A stretch of 64,000 nucleotides of DNA from Abditibacterium sp. (GTDB lineage: Bacteria; Armatimonadota; Abditibacteriia; Abditibacteriales; Abditibacteriaceae), in NCBI GenBank assembly GCA_965199495.1, contig CBDASK010000003.1, positions 2,016,001-2,080,000 of the forward strand, in the 5' to 3' direction. This document shows, one piece after another, positions 50,383 through 60,453 of the stretch. The translations under genes and the position numbers were made by a program. The stretch's first letter is position 1. Each line of letters begins with the position of its first letter. Under the pieces are notes generated by a model, which saw only the letters and a list, made by a program, of their open reading frames with translations, had not been told where the DNA came from and did no database searches.

Positions 50383-53300
50383 CAACAGTTCGCCGCACGC
50401 CTTCAGCAATGCGTCCATTTCGATGGGTTTGGCCAGATGACGCTGAAAGCCCGCCGCCTGAGCGCGCTCGATGTCGGCGGGCGAGGCATACGCCGTGAGG
50501 GCAATCGCGGGCAGCGCGGGCAGACGCGCGCGCATCTGTTTCAATAATTCGTAGCCGTCCATTGCGGGCATTCCGATGTCGGAAATCGCGAGTTGTGGCG
50601 CGAACTCATCGAGCAGTTGCAGCGCCTGCGCCGCCGATGCCGCCACGCGCACGCGGGCGTCGTGGCTCTCCAAGAGGCGCGCCAGGGTTTCGCGTGTGTC
50701 GGCTTCGTCGTCAATCAGCAAAATGCGGGCGTTTTTCATATTTCTCGAATTCGACGAGAGCGTTGGATTCTCCCCGTTTTCCACTTCGCCCGCGACCCTC
50801 AAAAGCGGAACTTCGACGCGGAAAGTCGCGCCCCGACCTTCGCCCTCGGAATGGGCGCTGACTTGCCCGTCGTGCATGGCGACGATGTGGCGCACAATCG
50901 CCAAACCCAAACCCAAACCGCCCGCTTTGCGCGTCGAACTCGAATCGGCTTGGCGAAACGCCTCGAAGACATCGGGCAAAAATTCGGGCGCAATGCCCTG
51001 TCCGCTATCAGCGATTTCGAGCGTTGCAGTCGGCGTTTCGCCCGCGTTTTTGGTGCGCAGAGAAATCGCGATATGGCCGCCCGATGGCGTGAATTTGATC
51101 GCGTTCGACATCAAATTCCACACGACTTGCTGAAAGCGATTGACGTCAATTGACGCCAGACCGACTTCGTTTAAATCGAGACGCAGTTCGATGTTTTTGT
51201 TGTCGGCGATTAATCGCAAACTTTCGACTGCATTGCGCACCAGCAAAGTCAAATCGAGCGGTTTGCGCTCCAGCCGCAGCTTGCCCGACGTGATGCGCGA
51301 AACATCCAAAATATCGTTGACGATTTGCGATTGCGCGCGCGCATTGCGCTCGATCACGTCGTAGCCCTGCGCGCGCAGTTCATCGGTCATGGCGGGCGCG
51401 CGCAACAAATCGAGCCAGCCTAAAATTGGCGTCAACGGCGTGCGCAGTTCGTGTGAGACGACCGCCAAAAACTCGTCTTTGGCCAGATTGGCCGCTTCGG
51501 CTTCGTCGCGCGCTTGCTGCGCCTCACGAAACAAGCGCGCGTTATCCGCCGTCAACGCTGCGCGCACGGCCAGTTCGCTCGCCAACTCCAAATCCTGTTC
51601 GTCATAGATGCGGCCCGAATCGGAAGTTATCCAAATCATCAGGCCCACGGTGCGGCCACGCGCAACAAGGGGCGCCACAATCGCACTCCGAGCGCCGATT
51701 TGCTGGGCCAGTTTCACGAATTCCGCGCTTGTGCCGCGCTGAACCAAACTGTGCGTGTCGTGATTGGGATAAAATTGAGGTTTCCCCGTCGAAAGCGCGC
51801 CCGCGATGTCCCACGGTGGCGCTGGATCGCGCGCCAATTGAGCGGCAAAACGACTTGCGATTTCGGCATTGTCTTTGACATCGGCGCCCGAAATGTGGGC
51901 GATTTCGGCGTTGTGCAACAGACCGTCGGCGCCGGGGATGGCGACGATGCACCAATCGGCGACTGTGGGCACACACAGATTCGCCAGTCGCCCGTGGCTG
52001 GTGCTATCGTCGAGCGTGGCGATGAGCGCGCTTCCGGCGTTGGCCAGAAACCGTTGCGCGGCCTGCTCGCGCGCGCGCCGCGTGATGTCGTCGAAAATGG
52101 CGATGCCCGCCGTGATTTTGCCGTCGCGGTCGCGAATCGGCGAGGCCGTGACGCGTAGCACGCGACTGCCGCCATCGCCGGGCAACAAAACTTCTTCGTC
52201 TTTGACGATTTCTCCAGTTTCGATGGCGCGCGCGAGCGGCCATTCCTGTGCCTGAAGCTGGTGACCGTTGGGCCAAAACGCGCGATAATTGCGGTAATCG
52301 GTGATTTTGTCGAGCGCGACGCGTTGCCCGATGACGCGGTCAACCTGCGCGTTGCCCAGTAATAAACGGCCCGATGGCGCCTCGGCGATAATCACCGCCG
52401 AGGGCATCTGTTGCAGCACGGCTTCCAAACGCGAGCGCTCGTTTTCGAGTTCGATGACCAATCGCGTCTTCTCTTCTTCGTCGCGAATGCGCTCGGAAAT
52501 GTCCAGCACAATCGCGCCCACGCCCAGCAATTCGCTCGACGTTAGTCCGGCGTTTTCGATGCGCACCGGATAAAGCGAAACCAGACAGAAGCGTGTGCCT
52601 CCGTCGGATTGATCGCTCAAAACGAACTCGCCGCTGGCCTCTCCGGTGCGCCAGACTTCTTGCAAACGCCGCTCGAATTCACTGTCAGTTTCGTGCAAAA
52701 CCTCGCGCATAGTGCGCCCGATGTGTTCGCTAATCGGCTTGCCGTTGATGGCGGCGAGGGCGTTATTGAGCAGAACGTAACGCTCGTTGCGGTCGAACAG
52801 CGCGAATCCGACCGGCGCCGAATCGAGCAACGTGTTCAAAAGCGCCAACGATTCCTGCTGGCGCCGCGCCAAATCGCGCGTTTGATCATCCAAACGTGCG
52901 CGATCCAGTGCTTGCGCGCAACTATTGGCTAACGTCTGCAAAAACAGGCGCGATTCGTCGTCGAAAACGCGCGGCTCGCTCCACGAAAGCGCCATCACGC
53001 TGACGACTTCGCCCTCGGCTTCGAGCGGCAACAGCGCGATGGACTTGGTGCCGGTGGCTGGTAATGTCTTTTCGAGCGACGGAAACCGTTCCGCCCAATC
53101 CCATGCTGTGTCCATCCACAACGGCGCGCGCGAACGATAAACATGGGCAATCGGGTGATCGCTGTTCACTTCAATCGAGGAAAATTTATCCACGGTTCCG
53201 TCTGGGTAACCGCGCGCGCCAATGGTTTCGAGCGTGTGCGGATTGGCGACATCATTGGGTGCCACCAGCACGCCGCCGCGCGCACCGACGGTTTCGGTGA

Positions 53301-55086
53301 CGCGCTCAATGGCGATATTGGCTACGTCTTCTGGCGCGCGTGGCCGCAGCAAATCGAACGAAATTCCCAATAAATTTTGCGCGCGTTCGGTCGCGTCGCG
53401 CCCCTGATCCAATAATTGCGCGATGGCGGCATCGGCCTGTTTTTGCGCCGTCAAATCGAACAAAAACATCAGCGTTGCGCCACCTTCGGGCAACTGGATT
53501 TGCGCCATTTCGACGCGCGCCGGAAAAATCGCGCCGTCGGATTTCTGGATGCGACTTTCGTAAATCAAAGGCTCCTGCCCGCCCGCCGCGCGACTGAAAG
53601 CGCGCTCCCTCACGAGGGCGCGCTCCGTGGGCGCCACGAAATCGGTGATGGGCTGACCAATTAAATTCTGGGGATTTTCGTAGCCCAACAGATCGCAGAG
53701 CGCGTGGTTCACGTAAAGCACATGCTGGCCGCGCCCGATGCCAAGCGGAACTGGCGCGGCATCGAACAGCGAGCGAAAACGATTCTCCGATTCTTTAAGT
53801 TCGCGCTCGGCCTCGCGCTCGGTGGTCACATCACGCTGGGTGCCCCACACGCGAACCAGAAAACCGTTTTCTACGATGCCGGTCAGGCTACTCAATAAAA
53901 CGTGTTGCTGTCCGTCGCGATCAACCTCGACCGATTCGGCGTCGCTAACGCGAAAATCTTCGTTGATGAGGCCCATCAAAAAATCGCGCACGCGTTCGTC
54001 GTCGCGATTCATGATCTGCCACAAACGCATGCCGACCATCTGCTGTGCGCGCTCGAAACCATACATTTTGGCGAGCGCGTCGTTGCACTCGGCCAAAATG
54101 CCGTTTTGCCACGCCAACTCCAAAATCTGCGCGCGATTAAGCGACATATCAATCGGCTCGTCCATCTCGAAGCGCCAAATCGCTTCGGACGATTGCTCGA
54201 CGAACGAGCGATAGCGCGTTTCGCCCTGCACCACGCGCGCGCGCGCCTCGCGCCCGGCGATAGCCACGCCCAACACGCCCACGACCGCGCGAATCCATTC
54301 CATCTGCTCGCTCGACCAAACTCGCACGCCATAGTCTTCCGCATCGCCGATTTCCAAAACGCCCCAATAGCGTTCGACCGGCCCAATCGGCGCGCTCAAA
54401 TTGCCGGTAATCTGGCCGCTCGCATCGCCAATGGGAAAGCCGGTTTTAATCGCGCGTTCGGCGGGAGAATTGGTCAAAAAGGGCCGCTTTTCGCCAATTG
54501 CACTGGGCGCATTGGGCGGCGCAACCGCAGCGCGCACGCAAAAGAAATCGCCGGTCGTTTCATCGGTTGAAAAAATGGCTTCGGGCCGTTCCAATTCGAG
54601 AATCGAGGCGTATGGCGCATCGAGCGTTTGCGCGCACAGTTGCGCGGTGCGCTCAAAAAGTGCATCCAAATCGTCAATGCGCGCGAGCGCCAACTGCGAA
54701 AGTTCCGCAAGCGCGCGCTGGCGTTGCGCCTGCGCCGCGAACGCGTCGTTGGCCAGACGCGCGCGCGCCGTCAGCAAAGCCATGAAAAAGCATTCGACTA
54801 AAAAAACGCCGATTTGCACCCAGCCCGCCGAGTTCAAGTGAAAAGAGTGCAACGGCGGCAAAAAATAGTATTCGACTAAAACCGCCGAAATCAGCGCCGA
54901 AACCACGCCGATGCCAAGCCCGCCATTCCAGGTCGCGATCATGATGGCGCCGAAAAACAGCAGAAACGGCGTCAGTTCGCCGATCTGCGTTTCGAGCGCG
55001 ATTTTGGCGCCCCACGCCACCGCGCACAGGGCGAGCGCAAGCAAAAACGACCAAGGGGTTTTGCGAAGGAATGCGAAAGCCGACAT
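50368..55086 (-). CDS. Hybrid sensor histidine kinase (DUF4118-like TM, GAF/PAS repeats, HisKA, HATPase, REC)
   Basis: SHELRTPL, NLMSNAIKFT, DSGQGI, GLGLGL, SDIGMP and KP. Confidence 0.95.
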   Translation of the reverse strand: MSAFAFLRKTPWSFLLALALCAVAWGAKIALETQIGELTPFLLFFGAIMIATWNGGLGIGVVSALISAVLVEYYFLPPLHSFHLNSAGWVQIGVFLVECFFMALLTARARLANDAFAAQAQRQRALAELSQLALARIDDLDALFERTAQLCAQTLDAPYASILELERPEAIFSTDETTGDFFCVRAAVAPPNAPSAIGEKRPFLTNSPAERAIKTGFPIGDASGQITGNLSAPIGPVERYWGVLEIGDAEDYGVRVWSSEQMEWIRAVVGVLGVAIAGREARARVVQGETRYRSFVEQSSEAIWRFEMDEPIDMSLNRAQILELAWQNGILAECNDALAKMYGFERAQQMVGMRLWQIMNRDDERVRDFLMGLINEDFRVSDAESVEVDRDGQQHVLLSSLTGIVENGFLVRVWGTQRDVTTEREAERELKESENRFRSLFDAAPVPLGIGRGQHVLYVNHALCDLLGYENPQNLIGQPITDFVAPTERALVRERAFSRAAGGQEPLIYESRIQKSDGAIFPARVEMAQIQLPEGGATLMFLFDLTAQKQADAAIAQLLDQGRDATERAQNLLGISFDLLRPRAPEDVANIAIERVTETVGARGGVLVAPNDVANPHTLETIGARGYPDGTVDKFSSIEVNSDHPIAHVYRSRAPLWMDTAWDWAERFPSLEKTLPATGTKSIALLPLEAEGEVVSVMALSWSEPRVFDDESRLFLQTLANSCAQALDRARLDDQTRDLARRQQESLALLNTLLDSAPVGFALFDRNERYVLLNNALAAINGKPISEHIGRTMREVLHETDSEFERRLQEVWRTGEASGEFVLSDQSDGGTRFCLVSLYPVRIENAGLTSSELLGVGAIVLDISERIRDEEEKTRLVIELENERSRLEAVLQQMPSAVIIAEAPSGRLLLGNAQVDRVIGQRVALDKITDYRNYRAFWPNGHQLQAQEWPLARAIETGEIVKDEEVLLPGDGGSRVLRVTASPIRDRDGKITAGIAIFDDITRRAREQAAQRFLANAGSALIATLDDSTSHGRLANLCVPTVADWCIVAIPGADGLLHNAEIAHISGADVKDNAEIASRFAAQLARDPAPPWDIAGALSTGKPQFYPNHDTHSLVQRGTSAEFVKLAQQIGARSAIVAPLVARGRTVGLMIWITSDSGRIYDEQDLELASELAVRAALTADNARLFREAQQARDEAEAANLAKDEFLAVVSHELRTPLTPILGWLDLLRAPAMTDELRAQGYDVIERNARAQSQIVNDILDVSRITSGKLRLERKPLDLTLLVRNAVESLRLIADNKNIELRLDLNEVGLASIDVNRFQQVVWNLMSNAIKFTPSGGHIAISLRTKNAGETPTATLEIADSGQGIAPEFLPDVFEAFRQADSSSTRKAGGLGLGLAIVRHIVAMHDGQVSAHSEGEGRGATFRVEVPLLRVAGEVENGENPTLSSNSRNMKNARILLIDDEADTRETLARLLESHDARVRVAASAAQALQLLDEFAPQLAISDIGMPAMDGYELLKQMRARLPALPAIALTAYASPADIERAQAAGFQRHLAKPIEMDALLKACGELLYSFS

Positions 55087-55129
55087 GGCAAAAGGGCGCG
55101 GGGAGTTAGGGGACTTGGATTTACGTGGT

Positions 55130-55236
55130 TCGTAGGCTAAAGCCTACGGCAGATGGCTGCGCCGAACGTGCTTCGCACTTATTTTTAGTGCGAAGCACGT
55201 TCGGCGCAACCATCTGCCGTAGCTTTTAAGCTACGA
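55130..55236. repeat. Palindromic element, family B relative; 50-bp arms
   Basis: Arms 55130-55179 and 55187-55236. Shares CTACGGCAGA and AGTGCGAAGCACGT with 5574-5767. Confidence 0.88.
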
Positions 55237-55319
55237 TGAAGGCGTAAGTCCTATAAAGCTTTGGCAAATCGCGTTTCTTCTATTTGGCGACTTGCGTTGT
55301 TTGCTCAAGCGCGCGCTCA

Positions 55320-56936
55320 TTAAAATCTATCGCGCGCTTCGATGCCCAGCATTTTTAGCGCCGCCGCCGCGACAAAGCCTGCCGCTCGCAACAGTTCTAA
55401 TCGCACCGCGCCCGGCACCGACGAAGGCGCCGTGGCTGCTAACAGGTTGCGGGTCGCGCTCGCCATTTCAAGCGCGAAATTCGCCACCAACGCTGGCGCG
55501 CGCCGCGTCGCCGCTTCGTGCGCGGTGTCGGGCCACAGCGCCACCAAACGCGCCAATTCGCGCTCGCCCGCCGACCACTCGACTTCGCTCGCGTCGGTTT
55601 TGGCGCCAGCGTTTTCTCCGGCGCGTCCCTGCGCCTCGCGCGTCAATCTGGCCAAACGCGATGGCAACAATTGCACGGCATACGCCGGATTGGTTTCGTC
55701 ATCGCGCGCGGCGGTTTCGATGTCCACTTCGGCGGTTTTGCCCGGTTCGGCACGCGCGAAAAACCATTTCAAACGGTCGCCGTCCATTTCCTGCAATTCC
55801 TCGTTCATCAAGATTTCCGAACCGCTCAGCCCCATGCGCAATGGCACGCCGTCGCGCTTGAGTGCCGCGCCGTTCACGATGACGAACTCAAATTTTTCAT
55901 CGGCCACGCCCGCCGCTTTGAGCGCCGCCTGCGTGCGTTTCACATACAATTCGTGCGTCGAATTCCACACGTTGATAATGGCGTCAAAATCGCGTTCGGC
56001 TTTCCACAAATGGTAAGCGATGTCGCCCGCGAAATAGGTCGGCGAGCCGTCGCCACGCTGCAAAACGCGGTCGGCGCTATCGCCGAAATCCGACGTTTTG
56101 AGCCACAACGCGCCCGCGTTTTCGTAGGTTTGGCCGCGACTTTGGAGCAGTTCAATCGCCGCCGCGACGCGCCCATCGTTCATCATCGCGGTTTCCGAAA
56201 CCCAGTCGTCGAAGCGCGTGCCCAAATTTTCCATCGTGGCGCGCTGGCTTTCGATGGCCGACTGCAAAGCCGCCGCGCTGCACGCCGCCAAGCGCTCGGA
56301 CGCGGAAACGTTCAACCACTTCGCGCCATCGCGCCGCGTCAGTTCGGCAGCCACGCCGCGTACGAACGCATTATCGAACGCGCCATCGGGCGCGGGCGCA
56401 TCTTGCCCAAACGCCTTCAGATAATAGTTGGCGACGCCTTCGCCCAGCAAACGATTTTTGCTCGAAGTCGTGGCGTCGTTGAGATAAAACTCGCGCGTGA
56501 CGCGCGCGCCCTGCTCTTCCAAAAGTCGGCAAATCGCTTCGCCGATAACGGCGCGGCGCCCGGCGGCAAACGGCAACGGCCCTGTCGGATCGGACGAAAC
56601 ATATTCGACCAAAATCCGCTTCCCGTTGAGGGCGTCGCCGCTCCCATAATGCGCGCCTTCGCGCGTAGCGCGCTCCAATGACTCGACAATGCTGTGATCG
56701 CTCATAAAAAAATTTAATCGGCCCACAACCAATTCGATGCGCCCATCAAAAGCGGGCTGCAATTGCGTCAATAGAGTTTGGCCGATTTGCCCGGCGCTCT
56801 GCCGCAAAGCGCGCGCCGCTTGCAAAGGCGCGTTGCTGGAAAACTCGCCAAATTTCGCGTCGAGCGGGCGCGATATGGCGAATTCTATCTCGGAAATTTG
56901 CGCTTGAATCAAGCGGCGAATATGAAAGCGAAGCAT
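55320..56936 (-). CDS. argS: Arginine--tRNA ligase-like protein with degenerate catalytic motifs
   Basis: ArgRS fold markers FGEFSSN, EYVSSDPTGPL, REFYLND, GD..DRVL...DG.PTYFAGDIAYH and C-terminal DALR-like domain. HIGH and MS(K/T)R motifs are not conserved. Confidence 0.85.
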   Translation of the reverse strand: MLRFHIRRLIQAQISEIEFAISRPLDAKFGEFSSNAPLQAARALRQSAGQIGQTLLTQLQPAFDGRIELVVGRLNFFMSDHSIVESLERATREGAHYGSGDALNGKRILVEYVSSDPTGPLPFAAGRRAVIGEAICRLLEEQGARVTREFYLNDATTSSKNRLLGEGVANYYLKAFGQDAPAPDGAFDNAFVRGVAAELTRRDGAKWLNVSASERLAACSAAALQSAIESQRATMENLGTRFDDWVSETAMMNDGRVAAAIELLQSRGQTYENAGALWLKTSDFGDSADRVLQRGDGSPTYFAGDIAYHLWKAERDFDAIINVWNSTHELYVKRTQAALKAAGVADEKFEFVIVNGAALKRDGVPLRMGLSGSEILMNEELQEMDGDRLKWFFARAEPGKTAEVDIETAARDDETNPAYAVQLLPSRLARLTREAQGRAGENAGAKTDASEVEWSAGERELARLVALWPDTAHEAATRRAPALVANFALEMASATRNLLAATAPSSVPGAVRLELLRAAGFVAAAALKMLGIEARDRF

Positions 56937-56993
56937 GGTAAGCAAGCGAAATATCTCTCTTCAAATTTTACCTCGCCTAAATGATATGAAACG

Positions 56994-57028
56994 AAAAAAG
57001 GGCCGCGTCAGATGACGCGGCCCTTTTT
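56994..57028. terminator. Intrinsic terminator after dps
   Basis: AAAAAAGGGCCGCGTCA-GA-TGACGCGGCCCTTTTT. Confidence 0.88.
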
Positions 57029-57042
57029 GGATAGACAAACTT

Positions 57043-57864
57043 TTACTGTTTCTGCACGCGCAACTGCCACAAATCATGCTCGAAACCCTGAATCATGCCT
57101 TGCAACATATTCTCGGTGACCGGATCCAAATCCTGCACGCGATTCATGCGCGCCCGCGTGCGTAGCGCGATAGTATCCAAGCGATCCGAAATCAAATCGA
57201 GCGCTTCGGAATCGCGCACGAAACCGTCGGGAAACGGCGCTAAGCCGGTCGTGCCCGCGACAGTTTCGGGGCGCCCATCCACCGAATATCCCAGCGACAA
57301 AGAACGCTCGGCGATTTGGTCGGCGTATTCGGCGTAGCGGTCGGCGAACATTCCCAATTGCTGGTGAACTGGCAAATAAAGCGGCCCGACCAAATTCCAG
57401 TGCGCCTCTTTGGTTTGCAAACGCAAATCAATCACGTCGGTCAAGGCGCCTTCGAGTTCGGCGGCGACTTTACGGCGCGCATCGGCGTCGAGCGGCACGC
57501 GCTCGGAAATCGGCAAATTGGCGCGTTCGGGATTGTAGGGCAAACCCGGAATCGGGTTGAGTTTGAGCGCATCGAACTTCGTCGGCGCGGTGACGGCGGT
57601 GTTAGTGCCATCGTTTTTGACCGGCTCCTGCGGTGGCGATCCGGGCGTCGTGGCTCCCGAAACCGGGCCGGGTTCGGTGGTGCCGCGCGCGTCTTTGCCC
57701 TTGGGAATTTCGACTTTGGGCGCGGGTTGGAGATTTTTTTCGGTTGGCAAAGGCCGCGAAGTCGGACGGTTCGGGCTGGGCGCGGGCTGAGCCAGCGCGG
57801 GCAAAGCCAACAGTGCGGAAAGAGACAGCGCCGACAAAGCGGCGGCAATGGATTTGTGTGTCAT
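57043..57864 (-). CDS. dps: Dps/ferritin-like protein with signal peptide and Pro-rich N-terminal extension
   Basis: TKEAHWNLVGP...VH...ADQIAER and LWQL. N-terminus MTHKSIAAALSALSLSALLALPALA|Q. Confidence 0.9.
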   Translation of the reverse strand: MTHKSIAAALSALSLSALLALPALAQPAPSPNRPTSRPLPTEKNLQPAPKVEIPKGKDARGTTEPGPVSGATTPGSPPQEPVKNDGTNTAVTAPTKFDALKLNPIPGLPYNPERANLPISERVPLDADARRKVAAELEGALTDVIDLRLQTKEAHWNLVGPLYLPVHQQLGMFADRYAEYADQIAERSLSLGYSVDGRPETVAGTTGLAPFPDGFVRDSEALDLISDRLDTIALRTRARMNRVQDLDPVTENMLQGMIQGFEHDLWQLRVQKQ

Positions 57865-57899
57865 TTTGTTTAGAAAGTTTGGGGTTGTGTCTCTACGAT

Positions 57900-60071
57900 T
57901 TACGCCGCGATCATCCCCAACATTTCGCGGTCGCGGAAACGATGTTTGGCCACGCCTTCGATGAACGATGCAGCCACGTCGAGCGCGTTGCCATCGGGAG
58001 CGAGGAAAACGCCGGGCGCTTCGGCACCATTTTTGGCGAAATCGGTCGCATTAACCAACTGCACGCCCGCGCCCGACGCCGCGATGGCTTTGCCGTGCTT
58101 GAACGCTTCGTCCACGAATTTGCGCGCGTCGCCCATTTTGACTAAAGCCTCGATATTGGTGCTGCCGGGAACGTAAACCGCGTCGAACAAGACCGAACCG
58201 GCGTTGCCGTAGGTTTTCTTCGCCATGAACGTTCCTTCGTCGCCCGCGATTTCGCCCAAGTGCGGGCCGACGACAACGCCCATCGCGCCTTCTTTGGCGA
58301 GCTGTTCCATCATCGCCTCGACGCATTTGGTGAACGAACCTTTGCCGGTCAAAATCGCCACTTTGCGCGCTTTTGCCATCGTCGGCTGACCGTCGGCTTG
58401 TGTCAAACCACTGGTTTTGTGCAAACCGCCCGAAGCCGTCGTTTGCGATTCGGCGTTCGCTAAAACTTCGATTTCTGGGGCGCTATCGGCGGTGCCGCTT
58501 GGCTCGCCTTTGGATTCGGGCATCTCTTCGCCAATCGCCAGACCGATTTGCGCGGCCAATTGATCGTTGATTTTCGCCAGATTCTCCAGCATCCGCGTGC
58601 GCACGGCGGGCGTTTCGACCAGGCTCAGCTCGAACGATAACGCTTTGACGATATGTTCTTTTTCAAACGGCATCATGCTGTTCCAGAACAAGCGCGCTTG
58701 CCCATAATGGTCGCCGAAACTTTCGCTGCGCGCGCGCACTTTTGGGGCGTTGACTTGTTCGGGATAGCTTTTGAAACCGGCGTCGTTGGTCACTTCGTCG
58801 GGCGAATGGCCGTCCAAAGAGGCGGGCGCGTAAGCCACGCGGCCTTTGTTGATGGTCTGGCGCATATGCGCGTCGCGCTGGTTGTTCGAGAATGGACAAA
58901 CCGGACGGTTGATCGGCAGTTCGTGGAAGTTCGGGCTGCCCAGACGCGACAACTGCGTGTCGAGATACGAAAAATTGCGGCCCTGCAACAACGGATCGTC
59001 GGAAAAATCAATGCCCGGCACGACGTTCGTCGTCTGAAACGCGACTTGCTCAGTTTCGGCGAAGTAGTTGTCGGGATTGCGATTGAGCGTCATTTTGCCG
59101 ATGCGACGCAAGGGAATCAAATCTTCGGGCCACAGTTTGGTGGCGTCGAGGATGTCGAAATCGTATTTCATTTCGTCTTCTTCGGGCATCAACTGCACGG
59201 CCAAATCCCATTCGGGATAATTGCCGCATTCGATGGAATCCCACAGATCGCGGCGATGAAAATCGCCGTCTTGTCCGGCGATTTTGACGGCTTCGTCCCA
59301 CACCAGCGAGTGCGCGCCCAACGCGGGCTTCCAGTGAAACTTGACGAAAGTGCTTACGCCCTCTTTGTTGACCAAACGGAAAGTATGAACGCCGAAACCG
59401 TCCATCATGGCGAAACTGCGCGGGATGGCGCGGTCGCTCATCACCCACATGATCATGTGCATCGCTTCGGGCGTGAGCGAAATGAAATCGTAAAACGTGT
59501 CGTGCGCCGAAGCCGCTTGAGGAATTTCGCGGTCGGGTTCGGGCTTGACGGCGTGAATCAAATCGGGAAATTTAATCGCGTCCTGAATGAAGAAAACCGG
59601 AATGTTGTTGCCGACCAAATCCCAGTTGCCCTCGTCCGTATACATTTTGACGGCGAAGCCGCGCACGTCGCGCGCCGTATCCGCCGAGCCGCGAAATCCC
59701 GCGACTGTCGAAAAGCGCGTGAAGAGCGGCGTCTGGCGAGAAGTGTCGGTTAAAACCGGCGCCATCGTGAATTCTTCGAGCGAATCATACAGCTCGAAGA
59801 CGCCGTGCGCCGCCGCGCCGCGCGCGTGAACCACGCGTTCGGGAATGCGCTCGTGATCGAAGTGCTGCAACTTCTCGCGCAAGATGAAATCTTCGAGCAA
59901 GCCCGGCCCGCGCGCACCGGCGCGCAACGAGTTTTGGTCGTCGCTGACGACGATGCCTTCATTGGTCGTCAAAGGCGCCGGATCGGTTGTGGTGAATTGG
60001 TTCAGTTGCGCGTCTTTGGCATTGGCGGGCGCGGCGTGGCCGTTGGATTGGCCGTTGTTTTGGTTCGTCAT
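57900..60071 (-). CDS. katE: Large-subunit catalase (HPII type) with C-terminal DJ-1-like domain
   Basis: HFDHERIPERVVHARG, RFSTVAG and RNFSYLDTQ. AAGGAG RBS before ATG 60071. Confidence 0.97.
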   Translation of the reverse strand: MTNQNNGQSNGHAAPANAKDAQLNQFTTTDPAPLTTNEGIVVSDDQNSLRAGARGPGLLEDFILREKLQHFDHERIPERVVHARGAAAHGVFELYDSLEEFTMAPVLTDTSRQTPLFTRFSTVAGFRGSADTARDVRGFAVKMYTDEGNWDLVGNNIPVFFIQDAIKFPDLIHAVKPEPDREIPQAASAHDTFYDFISLTPEAMHMIMWVMSDRAIPRSFAMMDGFGVHTFRLVNKEGVSTFVKFHWKPALGAHSLVWDEAVKIAGQDGDFHRRDLWDSIECGNYPEWDLAVQLMPEEDEMKYDFDILDATKLWPEDLIPLRRIGKMTLNRNPDNYFAETEQVAFQTTNVVPGIDFSDDPLLQGRNFSYLDTQLSRLGSPNFHELPINRPVCPFSNNQRDAHMRQTINKGRVAYAPASLDGHSPDEVTNDAGFKSYPEQVNAPKVRARSESFGDHYGQARLFWNSMMPFEKEHIVKALSFELSLVETPAVRTRMLENLAKINDQLAAQIGLAIGEEMPESKGEPSGTADSAPEIEVLANAESQTTASGGLHKTSGLTQADGQPTMAKARKVAILTGKGSFTKCVEAMMEQLAKEGAMGVVVGPHLGEIAGDEGTFMAKKTYGNAGSVLFDAVYVPGSTNIEALVKMGDARKFVDEAFKHGKAIAASGAGVQLVNATDFAKNGAEAPGVFLAPDGNALDVAASFIEGVAKHRFRDREMLGMIAA

Positions 60072-60157
60072 GGTGAAACTCCTTAAGGGGCACAGACGCA
60101 ATGCCAAAACTGAGCCAACAACGCGTCTGCGGGCGTTTTCAAATTTACTAATTTCGC

Positions 60158-60194
60158 ATGAGAAGTAAATGAGCGGGAAATGAGATTTTCTCAT
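60158..60194. promoter_or_regulatory. ATGAG direct repeats with 11-bp period upstream of katE
   Basis: ATGAG at 60158, 60169 and 60180, plus inverted TCTCAT at 60189. Confidence 0.65.
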
Positions 60195-60224
60195 TTTCAG
60201 GGATGGCATCGTCCTTCACCAAAC

Positions 60225-60453
60225 GCATTCGTTTATGAGGCTTTATAACTCACACCCCTCTGCCTTCGCACTGCCCAAAGGGCGCCCACCCCCTCCGAGA
60301 GGGGAAGAATGCCTCATCAGGATGAAGAGCTAACTTGGTAAATGCGAAGGTGCGAAAGTTATGAGGTATTCTTCCCCTCTCGGAGGGGGTGGGCGCCCTT
60401 TGGGCAGTGCGAAGGCAGAGGGGTGTGAGTTATAAAGCCTCATAAACGAATGC
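60225..60453. repeat. Palindromic element, family A relative; 93-bp arms
   Basis: Arms 60225-60317 and 60361-60453 with 1 mismatch. Core CCCCTCTCGGAGGGGG. Confidence 0.92.
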
